A stretch of 56,804 bases of DNA, the filler included, from Sphacelaria rigidula (Eukaryota): assembly GCA_964200075.2 (NCBI GenBank). It is 5 parts of 5 records of this genome, joined end to end, with 100 filler letters (N's around TTAATTAATTAA, not from the genome) between each part and the next. Parts side by side here need not be neighbours in the genome. Positions count along the whole stretch, not along the records: positions 11,383 to 22,664 come from CAXNAA020005121.1; positions 22,765 to 34,045 come from CAXNAA020005122.1; 3 more parts are not named here. One strand, 5' to 3'. The position numbers and the translations under genes were made by a program. This document shows, piece after piece, positions 12,084 through 25,142 of the stretch. The notes under the pieces are model-generated. The model saw only the letters and a list, made by a program, of their open reading frames with translations. It had not been told where the DNA came from and made no database searches. The first letter of the stretch is position 1; every line of letters starts with the position of its first letter.

Positions 12084-14452
12084 GGTTGTCGTTCACAAGG
12101 GACATTCGATGTCCTCAGGACACTACTACGCCTACGTTCGTTCAGCAGCCGGTCAGTGGCAGAAAATGAACGACGAAAGTGTGACTACGGTAAGCTCAGC
12201 CCCGTGGGCACCGGATCCTCATTCGGAACGATACCCGCCGGGTGACATCCGACGCCGTAGCCCAGACGCTGCTGAAATTGAGCAGTTCCTAATGTTTTCG
12301 GCGCCATGCCTCATTTCGGAGCGATAACACCTGGTGACCCTCAACGCCGTACTCTCAATGCTATAGCTGAAGAGCTCCTTTGTTAGCCGCCAGCGCCACC
12401 ACTTACGCGACATCTAACATTATCTTGGGAACGGCAGGTGATTCGGGAATCCCGGGTGTTCGATCTATTTCAGCTGGTGCTCAGGGGGTCACGGTTTCAT
12501 GGTGATCTGTGCCCCTCGTGAGAAACCGTTAGGTTGTCAAGCTAAGCTGTTATCCACGACATGCTCACACTCTGTCTTGTTCAGGAGGGCGAGTTTCTTG
12601 CGTTCACACGAGGACTCCGAGAGAAGACAAGCCCCCTACCGCTGCAGCGGCTCTGTTGATGTACACTGATTGTTTATAGCTAGCTAGCGACCCGTTTTGA
12701 CTACCGAATGACGAAGTAAAACAGTGCTTTATCGGTACAAATGAACGCATTCGAAACCGAGTCGTGTTTATATCGCACGTCGAGACAAACGTGTTAATGT
12801 CCCTGTCTTTTGCACTACAGGTCCCCGCTTCGTATGGTGTACAACGTGTGCGCCTTGGCACTTGATTCACTTGCCAGACCAGACCGTATTCTCTTCTACG
12901 TACTTCGAAGTACTACATATGCCATCTTGATGGGCGGGGTTTCGGGCGCACGTCTATGATCCCCCTCCTAGGCTTGAACTCCATGTGAAATTTCGTTCCG
13001 CGATCGCGATATGTGATAGATACACTCTGTTTTCCGCTCGTCCTTCAGCGGGTGCTTGTTTGAGCGAAATGTTTTAGGCACGGCTTGGCGCAGCTCCCCT
13101 AGAGGGGAACCAGAGGCACCGATTTTTGTGTTCTCGAGGCTATTGTTTTACAGTGGGAAGCTGATCCGACTTCATAGTGTGTATTCATCATTTTGCTTGT
13201 TTTGTCATACAGAACAAAAGGCAACACCCCACGCTCTCTCCCACCCCCTTCCCTGGCGCCGGCTGCTGACCCTGGCCCGCCCCCGTCCCAACAACATCGC
13301 TTCTTCATCCCCTGCGTACAGGTTGACGTCAAGACCGTCGTGAAGGACCAGGCGTACCTGCTAGTGTACAGCAGGAAGCTGCCATCGCCACCGCCGCCAG
13401 GGCAGTCACAACCCGACCCGGCGGTGGCGATGGACGATAACGGTGGAGATGCGAAGGACGCGACGGCGGCGGCAGCGGCGGATGCGGATGCGGATGCGGA
13501 TGTGGCCGTCACTGGCGTTAAGTGCAAACCGCCAGTTATTGACGTTGAGGGCTCAGGAGTATCGGGCGGGAATGAGGCTGCGGCCAAGAAGCAGGATGGA
13601 ATGACTGCCGCCAACCCCGTGGCGGGGATGGACGATAACGGTGGACGTGCGGAGGACGCGGCGGCAGCGGCGGATGCGGCTGTCACTGGCTTCAAGAGCA
13701 AACCGCCAGTTATTGACGTTGAGGACTCGGGAGTATCGGGCGGGAATGAGGCTGCAGCCAAGAAGGATGGGACCACCGGTCATGCACCATCATCCGCGAA
13801 CCCTGGAGGTCACGTGAGCGGGTGTCCCCCCCTACACCCTAATAAGCAAGCTTCTGGGCGCATCAAAAGGAAGCGGGGTGATGCAGTAGGAGACGATACT
13901 GTCGATCTCTCAGCTTCCCCTCATGACAGCGTGGATCCTAGGGGAGGAAAAAAGGCGCGTGTTGCAGGAGCAGGTGTCGCTGCCGGTGACGAGCAAAGCG
14001 CGAGCGCGGTGGGATCAGCGAAGCGCAACGGTCGAAAAGGCGGAAGAGACAAAGCTGGCGGAGACGGGCAGAAGGCCGATGACAATGAGATATCCACAAC
14101 AACGGGCAAGAGGAAGCGGACGCAGGTGACAGCGGAGGAGGACGGAAAGGGGCAGGATGTTATCGGAGTGGCCAAGGGAACCGTAGATGGGAGCGAGGCG
14201 GGTGCCAGCGGCACGGCAGTCGGGGATGCTGTATTGGCTACGGGAGTGGAGAGTGCCGATGGTGGGGGTGGTTATGTACCAGCCACCCCCGTCACTGGCG
14301 AGAAAAGGGAGGCGCCGATGAAAAAGGCGAAGCTCATGGAGGAGCTGGCTTCACCGCAGTCATCCTCTCCGGACTTGGCCTTCCCGGAGCCAAGAGCTGA
14401 TGAGCTGGACGGACAGGCGGTGGCGGTTGTGACCGACATGGCGCAGAACGAG
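12084..14452 (+). CDS. Ubiquitin-specific protease (peptidase C19), C-terminal exons of a partial gene
   Basis: Exon 12084-12189 encodes the His box VVVHKGHSMSSGHYYAYVRSAAGQWQKMNDESV (donor GTAAGC). Exon 13322-14452 continues in phase with VDVKTVVKDQAYLLVYSRK (USP terminal AYLLxY motif), then a long low-complexity tail (donor GTGAGA). The Cys-box exons are not in this contig. Confidence 0.85.
13418..13772 (+). repeat. In-frame tandem duplication (~60 codons x2) within the USP tail exon
   Basis: MDDNGG...AVTG(V/F)K(C/S)KPPVIDVE(G/D)SGVSGGNEAAAKK occurs twice with matching DNA. Confidence 0.9.
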
Positions 14453-17400
14453 GTGAGAGGCTTTCACGCTTGCGTAGGCATGAAGGTGCGTTTTCTAAGC
14501 GTCGCTTTGTGAGGAGTGGGGAGAGGAACCTTCTCCATGGAATCATCGTCCCATGTATTGTTTGCTCACTTGCTTCTTCAATACTAGGCGGCAGTACGAG
14601 CGCCGAGATATCGAGGCTATACAGTGTGTGGTATCCTCCAATAAGGAATGAAACCAATGACATGCTTTGGTCAACGAACTCTCGAACAAATGGCCTGATG
14701 AAATTCAGTATCAACTCTAGTAAGTAGCTTCCACCAGACATGGCTATCAAATGGGGGGTGGGGTTGCGGTCACTCGTAGTTTTTAGGCTGGTGGTTGCGT
14801 GCTGCTTAGCAGAAACGCCATAGACGTTTCTTTGTCTTTCCTCTTGGTTAGTCCAGTTCACGTCATTTTTCCGCCCCGCTCCCGTGGTCTGTCTCATGGT
14901 GTAATGGAAAACACTCCAATAGGTTGAAAAAATGCCGGTTCGAATCACCGCAGATGTATTGTGGCTCTCATGAATACATCGGATTCCCGTTGTTGGAAAT
15001 TTGAGGACGAGAGTAGCAAACGCGTATTGACGAGAGCTGACGCGGTGCAGGAGTGCTGATCCAACCCGCGATACCGTAATGTAAGGCGTGTATCGGGTGA
15101 GAGCAAGAGATGGGTTGATGCCTCGCGACCATGGGCTAGCCTCGAGGAAGGGGAGGGATTGAAAGCGTGCTAAAATACAGTGCCATACCATGTCTTGTTC
15201 ACCGGTTCTTTTCCGCTCCACTTGTTTGAAGAATCTATTCGCACGAGTGACGTCCCTGGTGTGTGATATCCATTTTATGCGGATGCCACACAGGGGACGT
15301 AATCTTACCGCTGCAGAGTCGTGTCGAACTCCTGCCAGCCACGCGTCCCGGGGTAATGTGTTTAAGCCGCCACGACACATACAAGACCGGAACAGTCAAT
15401 ATTTCGGCGACAACTAACATGTTGCTTTACATCGTACGAGCATCCCAAGACAATGTGTCGACGGGAGTGTCCTGTTTTGGAGGAGACAAGAAGTTAAGCC
15501 GAAGAAAATGGTTTTGTGGAGTTTGCAACGAATGTAGAGTAGCACAATTGTGGCACAGCCCCGACATGTACAGTAGCTGTGGTCTTGACATGGTCCCAAC
15601 GAACAAGTATTCTTTCCATGTCCACACGCCGACGCAAGCCAAAGGTGGCTCAGTTGCAAACACACTCCATTTCGCACGGCCTGAAAAACGCACTCCCGCC
15701 GACAACAAAAAGCAAACAGTTCGAGGCACGTGCATTAGAACACTCTCTAGGATTGTAGTGTAGCGTAGTGTGATGTAGAGAGTAAAAATCCTTGTAGAGA
15801 ACGTTAACGAGCGAGTAAAAGCCACAACCATTCCAACGGAGTTAGCAAAGCCCCGCGTTTGCCTCCTCTGAATATGGCCGGAACAAACGGTGCCGTATGC
15901 TGTAGGTTCACCGTGAGGATTTGGGAAAAGAAAAAAACAGAGCTATCACGTACAACTGCTGCAGCTTTGCACCCCGAGACCGTACCGAGCACAGTGACCC
16001 GAGAGACACAACAACAGGACGGAACCCCGCTGTAGGGCGGTATGGTGTCACGTCGGGTATATTATAGCAGGGTGTTGTAGGCATACAGCTGTGCTGTACA
16101 GAAGTGTTGCATGCGTACCATCATAGGAATAAAAATGCAATATACCGCAGTGCTGGTGTGGTCTGAATCGGCACTACTGATGAAGACAGACGCGCCCAAA
16201 CCGGCGCCATGAAGGATCATCCGCAGTAGTGCGGGTTCGGTCTGTGCCAAGCGATTTCACCGGCACTATACCGGCGGCCGGCACTATATAGGGCACCCCA
16301 CTGTACCTTGGCAAAAGAGGGCGGCGAATGCAAAGATGGTCCCTTATCTATTTCCGTCATTGAACAGCAAACGATCGGCGTGCGACTCATGTTTGCTTTC
16401 GTTGCATTCTCATTGTTTTGATGTTTCGTCCCTATTGTAGTGACCCACGTCTGTGACCCACGAGGCTATCGCCCCCAACGTCCGAGGGTGTTGTGGTCAT
16501 CACCATGGGATTGTACTGCCCGCGGTCATGTTTGTACGAGTGGTTTCGTAACGTCGTGGTGACGGAAAGGCGAGGAGGATACTTGTACAATTAGAGTGAG
16601 GAGTTGGAATCTGCCCGCAAATGCTGGTGATGAGGTGTGGACCTGATGAGCAATAGTGGGTGCCGTACCACACAAATACAGCCCCACACGAACGCATGAA
16701 CTCAGGTGAACTTTCGCCAAGTGTGGAGCGAACAGCATGGTCAATCAAACCGGAAGATATATGACGTCTCCCTCCCCCTCCTCCCAAGCATGTAAATTGG
16801 GTTTCTGTCGATTACCCCGCTGTAGAGGTTCGGTCTATGTCTGAGCATACGTGAAACAAACGGTGCTCGGAAGGTTTCGAAAATTTTCATGTTTAGATTC
16901 ATCCGCCGAGAAAATGATGTTGGTGATCACCCAGGCCGTCATACCGCAGCGGGAATTTAAACGTTATCAAAATTCCATGCTGCTTGTCTCTACATTCATG
17001 TCATGGACCTGACTACCGTACTGAGTAGTTGAAACATTCACTCACCTATTGCCTTGAAGGTCGTTGTTCCCTGGGATACTTCGTCGCTGTCAACTGCACG
17101 TTGGGATGGGCAAAATGTACGCGATCTCGACTGATATTATCTCCGTGAAAAATATAGCCCCCGCCCTCCTGGTGAGACACCCATGAGGCAATTTGTCACC
17201 CGTTGCTTCCCCAGGAATTGGTGATGACAGAAAATGAAGCAACTCATTGTGGACTGTCCTCCATCTGCAAGATAATCAGCACGCCTCGGGCTGAACAATT
17301 TTGGGATGCAGCTCACCCTTCATACGACTCGCCGAACATGTCACCACGCTTCACCCTTTGTGTTTGCGAGCCTGGTCCGGTCAAAGGCCGGGGTGCTCCG

Positions 17401-17507
17401 TCCCGGCTTTGCAGGGATGCGTGGTCAACGGTCATATGCCTCCGGCGTGCAAGATCATGAGTACATCCCCCCCCTTCCCCCCCGCCACACTCCGTACCAC
17501 GACGGCT

Positions 17508-18120
17508 GCAGGGTTATTTCACGGCATCCACAACACACCGATCCCCCAACATCGCCGACACGTTAGCTTCCGTTGTCAATCTCATAAGGCACATTTCCGT
17601 GCACAACGAACACGTACGCAAGAGCGCACTCGCGCAATAATCTACCGTCTACTTTTGCGCCTCGTGGCGTTTACACGATGATCGCGTTAACGTTGTCGAC
17701 CTCTGCCGCGTTTTGTCATCGTTGTCTCATGTCGTGCGCCAGAACATGGGGGGGACTTCCTCCGCTAGGGAACAAGTGGCGGGGCTATTACGTTCGCGGG
17801 CACGGGGCGTGGGCCAGAAGAGGGCGTCCTTGGCCAACGCTTTCTGTAGGGCTGCTGGTTGGCGATGGTGAACCGCAGAAAGGTGTGATTTTACATTTGA
17901 AATCATGTGAACATGTGCTCTAGTGGCAAGGTGCAAATGAAGATGGTGGGTGATTGCGTGAGATCACTCTTTCATACATGTTGGGTGCGCACTCTTTCAA
18001 CCGTGTACGCTGTGCACGGAAGTGAAGCTCGTGCGTTTGACGACGGAAGCTGAGGCGTCGGTGATGTTGGTGTTGGTGCTGGTGCTGATGTGTAGTTGAT
18101 GCCGTGGAATACCCCCCTGC
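17508..18120. repeat. Diverged inverted repeat (17508-17630 vs 17986-18120)
   Basis: The + arm translates to GLFHGI...HRRHVSFRCQSHKAHFRAQRTR. The - arm gives GVFHGI and, in a shifted frame, HRRLSFRRQTHELHFRAQRTR. Confidence 0.75.
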
Positions 18121-20119
18121 CAGTGTGTTTGACAGTGCGGGAGTGTACCTTGCTCTGTGATCTTCCTCCCTCACCAACTTGTTCATCGCTCGCTGAGCAA
18201 AGCCGTTCGGGTTGCATGTAGGACATTTGCAGCGCAAACAGCATAACACCCCCTCTCTCCCTCTTTGTCTCCGTCCTTACTGCTTACATCCGGTGGGGGC
18301 CATGACACTACCAGCGACCGCACACACAAGAACAGCCCATTTAAGGCCAGGCGGCGAGAGACTCGTGGCCAAACCACAGCGGCTACTCCGGAAAAAAATC
18401 CGGCACACCGACCTCGGTGCTGATGGCAGTGGTGGCCACGGCGGGGGCTGGGCTGGGCGGCGCGAGGGCGGAGCAGTGGTCAGGGAAACGGCAGAGGTGC
18501 TGATGGTATTGGGGAGAGGGGAGGTAGGCAGTGCGGAGGGGTGCGAGGCGGGGAGCATCAGTCAATCATGATCTGAACAGTGGGGTCGTTGCAATCGAAG
18601 GTCAAGAGTTGAAGGAGAAGGCTGGAAGGGCTTGAGCATGGAATGTCGAACACATATCGAGCGGTGTTACTTCTGAACAGGTTTTCCTCAGGTGTTTGGG
18701 GACCAATGGGCGCTCAACAAACGTATGTACACACGCGGTCAGGGTTTCAACCTCTGTTGGTCAGGATAGGCAGTAGCTATCGCAGCGTCGAAGGTGACGG
18801 CGTCCTTCAAACCATCCTGACACTCTACCGACGCTCTTGTTTGGTAGCATACGGCGCGTTGGTGCAGGGATTTATTTGTTCTTGTCAAATTGTTCCGCCC
18901 GGTGATTCCCCGGTTGCTGTTACAGCAGCACTGCATCGAAGTAGATATGTCGGCGGAAAGTCGACCATTCAAGCAACCAACATCCGTCGTTCTGATGTAC
19001 ACAGGTGGATGGGGGTGGGTGCCAACGTGGTCGGCGCTTTTTTTTCAGGAAACATAGATGGACCTGTGAACGTGTGATTTTTTACTCACCCGCAGCTTTT
19101 TTTGATGCTAGACAGGGGCTGTTTGGTTGCAGTGAGGTCCGATCTCTGAGGAGTCTAGAGATGCAGCAGCAAAACTCCACCTCACTTTGAGTGAAATGAC
19201 TGACGGGTATTTCACAAAATCTAATTGAAGACATGGGCAGAAAGGTCAAGACTTTCGGAAAGCGGTAGGGGTGAGTGTGCTGGTCGTGTGGGGTAAGGTA
19301 GGTCCGGCGGAGAAGGGTAGTGGGGCGGAAAGTGTCAGTAAATCATGACACATACACGGTGGGATTGGTGAAAATCATGGGAGAGGTGGCTAGAAGGGGA
19401 CGCGGAGATAATTGGATGAACATACCCCAACAGCAATTTCGACACCCAAATACTGGAGATCGGGTTCCTCGACCGAGTGGTGATAGGGGTTGCTTCACGA
19501 CAGGATGAGGGGCGGGCAGTTGTGTACGAGGCTGATGAAACGGACCATGATCCAGATCGCTGTCACGTGGGGAAGGCAGGGGGGGGGAGGGGGGGAGGGG
19601 GGGGTAGACAGATTATATTGTTCTTATATTGTTCGCATGTACAGTATATTAGTGGTGTCTCATCTTTTTTCGCGGGGTGTTGAATGGAAGGGGGAAGAGG
19701 ATGACACATACGTCGTAGCTTGCATACCTTGCAGACCGCAGCCACGGCACACCTCAAGGGTCGTGACACCGCCAGAACACTGGTGGTAGTATGCTTTGTA
19801 TGGCATGCTTGGTAATGTGCATGATGTGTAAGTGCGGAGACCAGTATTGTCTTGTTCAAATATGTGCACCACGGCGATGGAGTTTTTCAGAGGAGGAATG
19901 GCAACGGCAGCAGACACTATCGAGGGACAGAAAAGGCGGGGAGAAGCGCACGCAAATGATTTGTGATGGTTTTATACACATTGATACACATGTACACAAC
20001 ATAGTTTGGAATCTACTGTTTGGCGTGTTGACGTGTTTAGTTGTTGTTTAGGCAGCCGTAAACCGTATGTGAGGTATTTATGCCTCTGGGTACCTGTACC
20101 CGTCTTTGTGCATTATTTG

Positions 20120-20660
20120 TGTTTTTTTTTGGCGTCTTTGCGACTATAGACGTGTGTGTGTGAGTGTTGGTCTGTACCTAGATGCGTATCTAGATGCGTA
20201 TGACCAACGTTTGGCGTTTTTGTTGCCGTTTTGGCGACGATAAACGTTCGTGAGAGTTTCATGTATCTAGATACATGTGCCCGACTTTGGTGTGTGTTGT
20301 GTTTGTTCTTTTTGGCGTCTTTGCGACTATAGGCGTATGTGGGAGTAGTGTTGTATCTAGATGCGTATGACCAACGTTTAGCGTTTTTGTTGCCGTTTTG
20401 GCGACGATAAACGTTCGGGGGAGTTTCATGCATCTAGATACATGTGCCCGACTTTGGTGTGTGTTGTGTTTGTTCTTTTTGGCGTCTTTGCGACTATAGA
20501 CGTATGTGGGAGTAGTGTTGTATCTAGATACGTATGACCAACGTGTAGCGTTTTTGTTGCCGTTTTGGCGACGATAAACGTTCGGGGGAGTCCTATGTAT
20601 CTACATGCATGTGCCCGACTTTTGTGCGTGTGTGCTGTGTTTTTGCCGTTTCGGCGATTA
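20120..20660. repeat. ~167-bp tandem satellite, 3 copies
   Basis: GGCGTCTTTGCGACTATAG starts at 20131, 20314 and 20481. Units share TATCTAGATRCGTATGACCAACG and GCCGTTTTGGCGACGATAAACGTTCG. Confidence 0.92.
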
Positions 20661-22259
20661 TGAGGGTGTGTGGGGTCCACATATACATATATCTTCGTGT
20701 CCAAATTCTGGCTGTTTTTTTTCGTGTTACTTCGGCGACTAGAAACACTTGTGTGCGTGTTTAGTAGTGTGAGTAGGGTCATCTTTCCATCGTAGCCCAT
20801 CTTGCTAGAATACAAAGATGGGGACATTGTGCTTGCAGGTGACCCGGGGCAATCCTGCTCGAATGTTTTGTGATGGGTCAAGTTTGGTCTTCAACTTCCT
20901 GTCCAACCAACAAACGGACCGATATTGAGCTTTCGAAAGTTCGCGTGTGCGTTCGGTGCGTGCAGCTTCCGATTGAGTGGTCCGGGTGTTGGTTCTGTTC
21001 TGGTTGTGCTGGGGTTTGTTCCCACCGAGGAGAGACGCGCTGTTATCACAGCCACCAATTTCATCAGGTACATACACCGCACCAATTGTTTAATTTATGG
21101 TTATTTTCCTGTACGCGCTGTCCATTCGTCTGCGTGTATGAAGTGGAGAACGGAGAGAATTCATCAGACTTGGCTGTATTTTGGTGTGTTTCTGTTGCGT
21201 GCGTTTTATTTGGGAGGGTGCCACGTGGCTGACTGTGTGAGGCCTGAGTCCCTTCCCCCCCTATTTTGTCTGTCCTCTGTCTCATTGTTGCACTGTTCGG
21301 ATTCCCGCCGACCTAAATAGGTCTCGTGTGCCTCTTTGTATCTTCAGATAATGTCGAGCATTCCAACCGAAAGGAGTATGGAAAGCTGGGTCTCTTCGGA
21401 TCTTTCGATAGCTGAGAACGCTCTGTGTGTGGTGTGTGTGGTGTGCGGGAGTATGTTTCGTCCAGCGCCCCATTTTTTTTTTTTTACGTCAGTCTTGTCC
21501 CCCTTCTCCCCTCGTTTCCCATGTACCGCTTTTTTGCATAATGGTTGGGATTGTTCTTGATTAATACGTACGTAGTCTATTTTTTGCTTCGTGTGACAAG
21601 GCAATTTCGTTTTTCGCAAAGTTAGGGCCAAAGTGAGAAATGGTGACTTTTTGAGACGCAGGATGGCCCGCGTAAAGTAAATTCGAATAGACAAGTCACA
21701 TTAGAGAGGCGGGGAAGGGCGAGGAACCACTTAAATAGTGGCTGTTGGTGTGTTGCACTGAAGGTCAAGACGTGGTTATAGCCGTGCATGTACCCTGAAA
21801 AGGAAGGTGCAGCCGAGCACTTGGGTACTGCACTGTATGGTGCTCACCGTCAACGAACTCCTCTGTTGTTTCCGTGTGTTACGTATGTCGGCGACAGAGT
21901 CTTGTCACGGTAGGGCGGAGGTGAATGTTTGTCTGAGACAAAAGGGTTTACGATGTGTCATGTACAAGGGCTCACGTGTGCGCGGGCGTTTTGTTGGGGT
22001 ATGAAGCGTCGTCAGCCCATGAACATGTCGCTGAAGGTCGACACCAAGGGCTTTCGAAGCACTGGTACTCGATACCGCCTCGGGCAGCGTCTGTCTCAGG
22101 GGGCAACTTCAGGACACTAGGTCGGGTACCCTACCCTTGTCAGGGTGACCAAGGTTATTAAACGAACCAGGATCCATTTCGTAGAACCCCTCGCTCTTCC
22201 CTCGACGCGGGACGACTCGAAAGCATTGTTTTCGGGGTGTTCGTATCGTCATTCTCGTT

Positions 22260-22664
22260 TGTACTCGGACAGCGACCAGCGCCTGTAAATTTGTTTTTTG
22301 CGGGTAGGGGGGGTCGGTGTCAATTATGACTCATCAGTTCTTGTTATAGATATGTGGCATGGAGTAGTGTTATGCGCTGCGCTATAATATTATTTTCATG
22401 GGGGGAGGTGGGGCAGGAATTTTTCAGGGAATTGATTAATGTAATCGAAAAAAAAAAAGTGAACGACATGTGCGTGTTTTTGTTTGTTTAGTCGGCTGTT
22501 TTGTTGAATTTTTATCACGATTGGTGTGTGGCATGTCATTATCGTGTGTACTCGGACAGCCACCAGCGCCTTTACACTTATTTTTTGCGGGTAGGGGGGG
22601 GTCGGTGTTAAAAATGACTCATCAGTAATTGTTGAACATATGTGGCATGGAGTATCAATATGCG
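22260..22664. repeat. Direct repeat, ~287-bp period, cut by contig end
   Basis: GTACTCGGACAGC(G/C)ACCAGCGCCT...GCGGGTAGGGGGGGTCGGTGT...GACTCATCAG at ~22261 and ~22548. Confidence 0.8.
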
Positions 22665-22764
22665 NNNNNNNNNNNNNNNNNNNNNNNNNNNNNNNNNNNN
22701 NNNNNNNNTTAATTAATTAANNNNNNNNNNNNNNNNNNNNNNNNNNNNNNNNNNNNNNNNNNNN
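22665..22764. other. Artificial contig linker
   Basis: N44-TTAATTAATTAA-N44. Confidence 0.95.
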
Positions 22765-25142
22765 CTAACTCCAAATATTGGCCGGCGCATCCGCCTGCAA
22801 ACGTCCATGCAGCCTCTAGGCTCGCCCAGCTCGTAGTGCGGCCACATGGTTGGTCGTCGGGTGGCTCAACAGTGCCGTCTGTTGGTTCAAAGGCCGCCCT
22901 ACTACCAATGATGGGTCGCACTCGGTAAAACCCATGTCACTACGAAGGCCGTGTCTCATCGAGTCAGTACAAGTGCGCAGAAAGAAACGAGCAGAAAAAT
23001 CATGACTAGTCACTGCAGTAACAATCCTCCTCCCAAATGACGCTTTTTTTCACCAACCATTTTGGATTTTTTCGGGTTAATCACGAAGACTTGTACGGCA
23101 TTTTCGTCATGAAGGGTAACATGAATCAGCGGCGCAACTACCCTTGCTGTGGTACATATCTGTCACACAGTCCGGACCTGACGCACAAGGCCTCACGTCA
23201 ATTGCTGATCTGATGCTTGTAACTCTGGGAAGATCGGTACACAACTTTGAATCAGACACGATGATTTTATGTCAAACGAGCGCCGTATGAAACACTCACA
23301 AACGGCCAAAACTTTTGTGACACAGGCACGGCCGTCCATTCCCAATACCGACCAGATTACCGTGAAACAAACAATACTGTGTATAGATGAGCAAGGCGTG
23401 ATGCGCTTCTGCTGTGGGTATCTATGCATGCTTGTTCCGGCTGGGTTGTGTTCACTCATATGCTTCAGTAACGCCCGTTGAGATTCCCACACTTGTTTTC
23501 CGACTGCGTCCAGCGCCGAAATAGACACCGCTCTTCCAAGAGACTCTGTTTTGTGTTTCCTTCGTAGGATCCAAAATGGTGATAGTGCAAGCTGCTTTGC
23601 TCGCGCTCTTCTTTTACTTTGATCGTCTCGATAAGACATGGCATAATGATCGTCACGAACAATCCAGGCAGCTTTTCCCATATCGAAACGCACAGGAGCC
23701 TCCGAACGAATACTTTCAACACTTGATATTATCGCTAAATCCCTCGAATTGTTACTTGGCGCAGTATTTTGTCTTGTTCGCTCGACTGCCAGTCGCTCCG
23801 CTATCACCATGTTTATCTCCACTATCCCTACAGTTGTTGTGCACATTACGAGCGCCCTGTAGGGGGAACTGTCTTGACATCCTTGTGCGCCCACATCGTT
23901 CTGCTGAATGAGCGGTGGAAGAGTTCAGTCGTGTTTCGTAATTTAGCAACTTGCTGTGCCGTTTGAGTTGTGTTCCGCACTTTTACAGCTTGTTGGTGCC
24001 GTTGCGTGCTCACACTGCACAATGATCGTGCAGTGTGTCAATCACCTGGCAGGGATATCATTTTCGTGCGGTGGAAAACACCGACAGCGGGGTCTCCAGT
24101 CTCCAGGCCGTAGAAGGAGGTAAAAAGAAGGGTTGGAGACGTTCTTAGGTAATTCGGTTTTGTGCAGCGCCGTGGCTTGGACGGTGGGTGTGGAACGCCG
24201 ATGGTGGTCGAACGTTGGGTACACTATGGACCAAAGTGAGTCCAGAAAAGGACAAAAAGGGGTGTAATATAAACCTAGTAGGGGGCGGGGGGTGCACCGA
24301 CCCCATTATCTGACACAAGAGGGTATTCCGCGACGTCCTTGTGCCCCGCGCTGCTGTTTGGCCCCAATTCGCGCTTTTCATCTCGCGAAACTTGGTATAC
24401 ATGCTCTAAATGGACTGTGGGCGTGTCGCCTTTGCATCTGGATTGATTTTTGAGTGGTTTGGACCTAGCACGGGCAGCTTCAACAGTAGCGTTCACCTTT
24501 ACCCTCTTTGTGGCTGAAAATGAGGTAGGTGTACCTGCTCTTGTCTATTGCCCAAAAAATCGTGTGGCTGATTTCGTCGCCGAAGGTCTCATTTTTTGGT
24601 TCGGTCGTGATGTACGGGGTCACTATTGCGCCACTGCCCACATGCGCCCTACACAACATATTTCGCAACACAGTTGGCACTGCGCCGTGCCATACCAGTG
24701 TACACCACGTTGCGCTCTATTAGCAAAGGTCGGATCCGTCCTTGCCCGAGGTTGCGTGGGATGGACCCTCCTAATTCTTGAAGGTCCTGAGGTGCTGGGT
24801 TTCATAAGATTCCACAGAAACTTCAATAGGTTGAGAATACAAGATGAAACCTGGATACACTTGGATCCAGTATTGAAACAAGAAAGGAACGATCACGAAC
24901 TTGTACCACACCAGTGGCCATATTGCGGCGGATGATCTCTGCATGATATTCTCAACACGGTATGAATGATTCTTGCCGACCCTAAGCGTTCGAGTAAGTA
25001 AACGACACTCGACAATCTATCGCGCTTTAGGCCAGGAAATTGTGTCTGATCCGCAAGGATATTGTGTCACTAAAGCGCCAAAATATCTACCGCCCTGTCT
25101 GGTCAAGAAATGTCGCGATCTAGGGTAGCTTCGACGACTCAC

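Noticed and set aside
10990..14452. MULE transposase fused or linked to a USP protease (Kaonashi-like cargo)
   Set aside because: The two lie on different contigs separated by an artificial linker, so adjacency is uninformative.
14334..15380. 348-aa minus-strand ORF (likewise the long antisense ORFs 4544..5359, 13099..13776 and 42656..43285)
   Set aside because: No motifs; these are shadows of GC-rich sense exons or chance open frames.
22300..22630. Hammerhead ribozyme on the - strand (CTGATGA-GTCA-TAAT-TGAC)
   Set aside because: The required GAAA after stem II is absent and the stem is not kept in the second copy.
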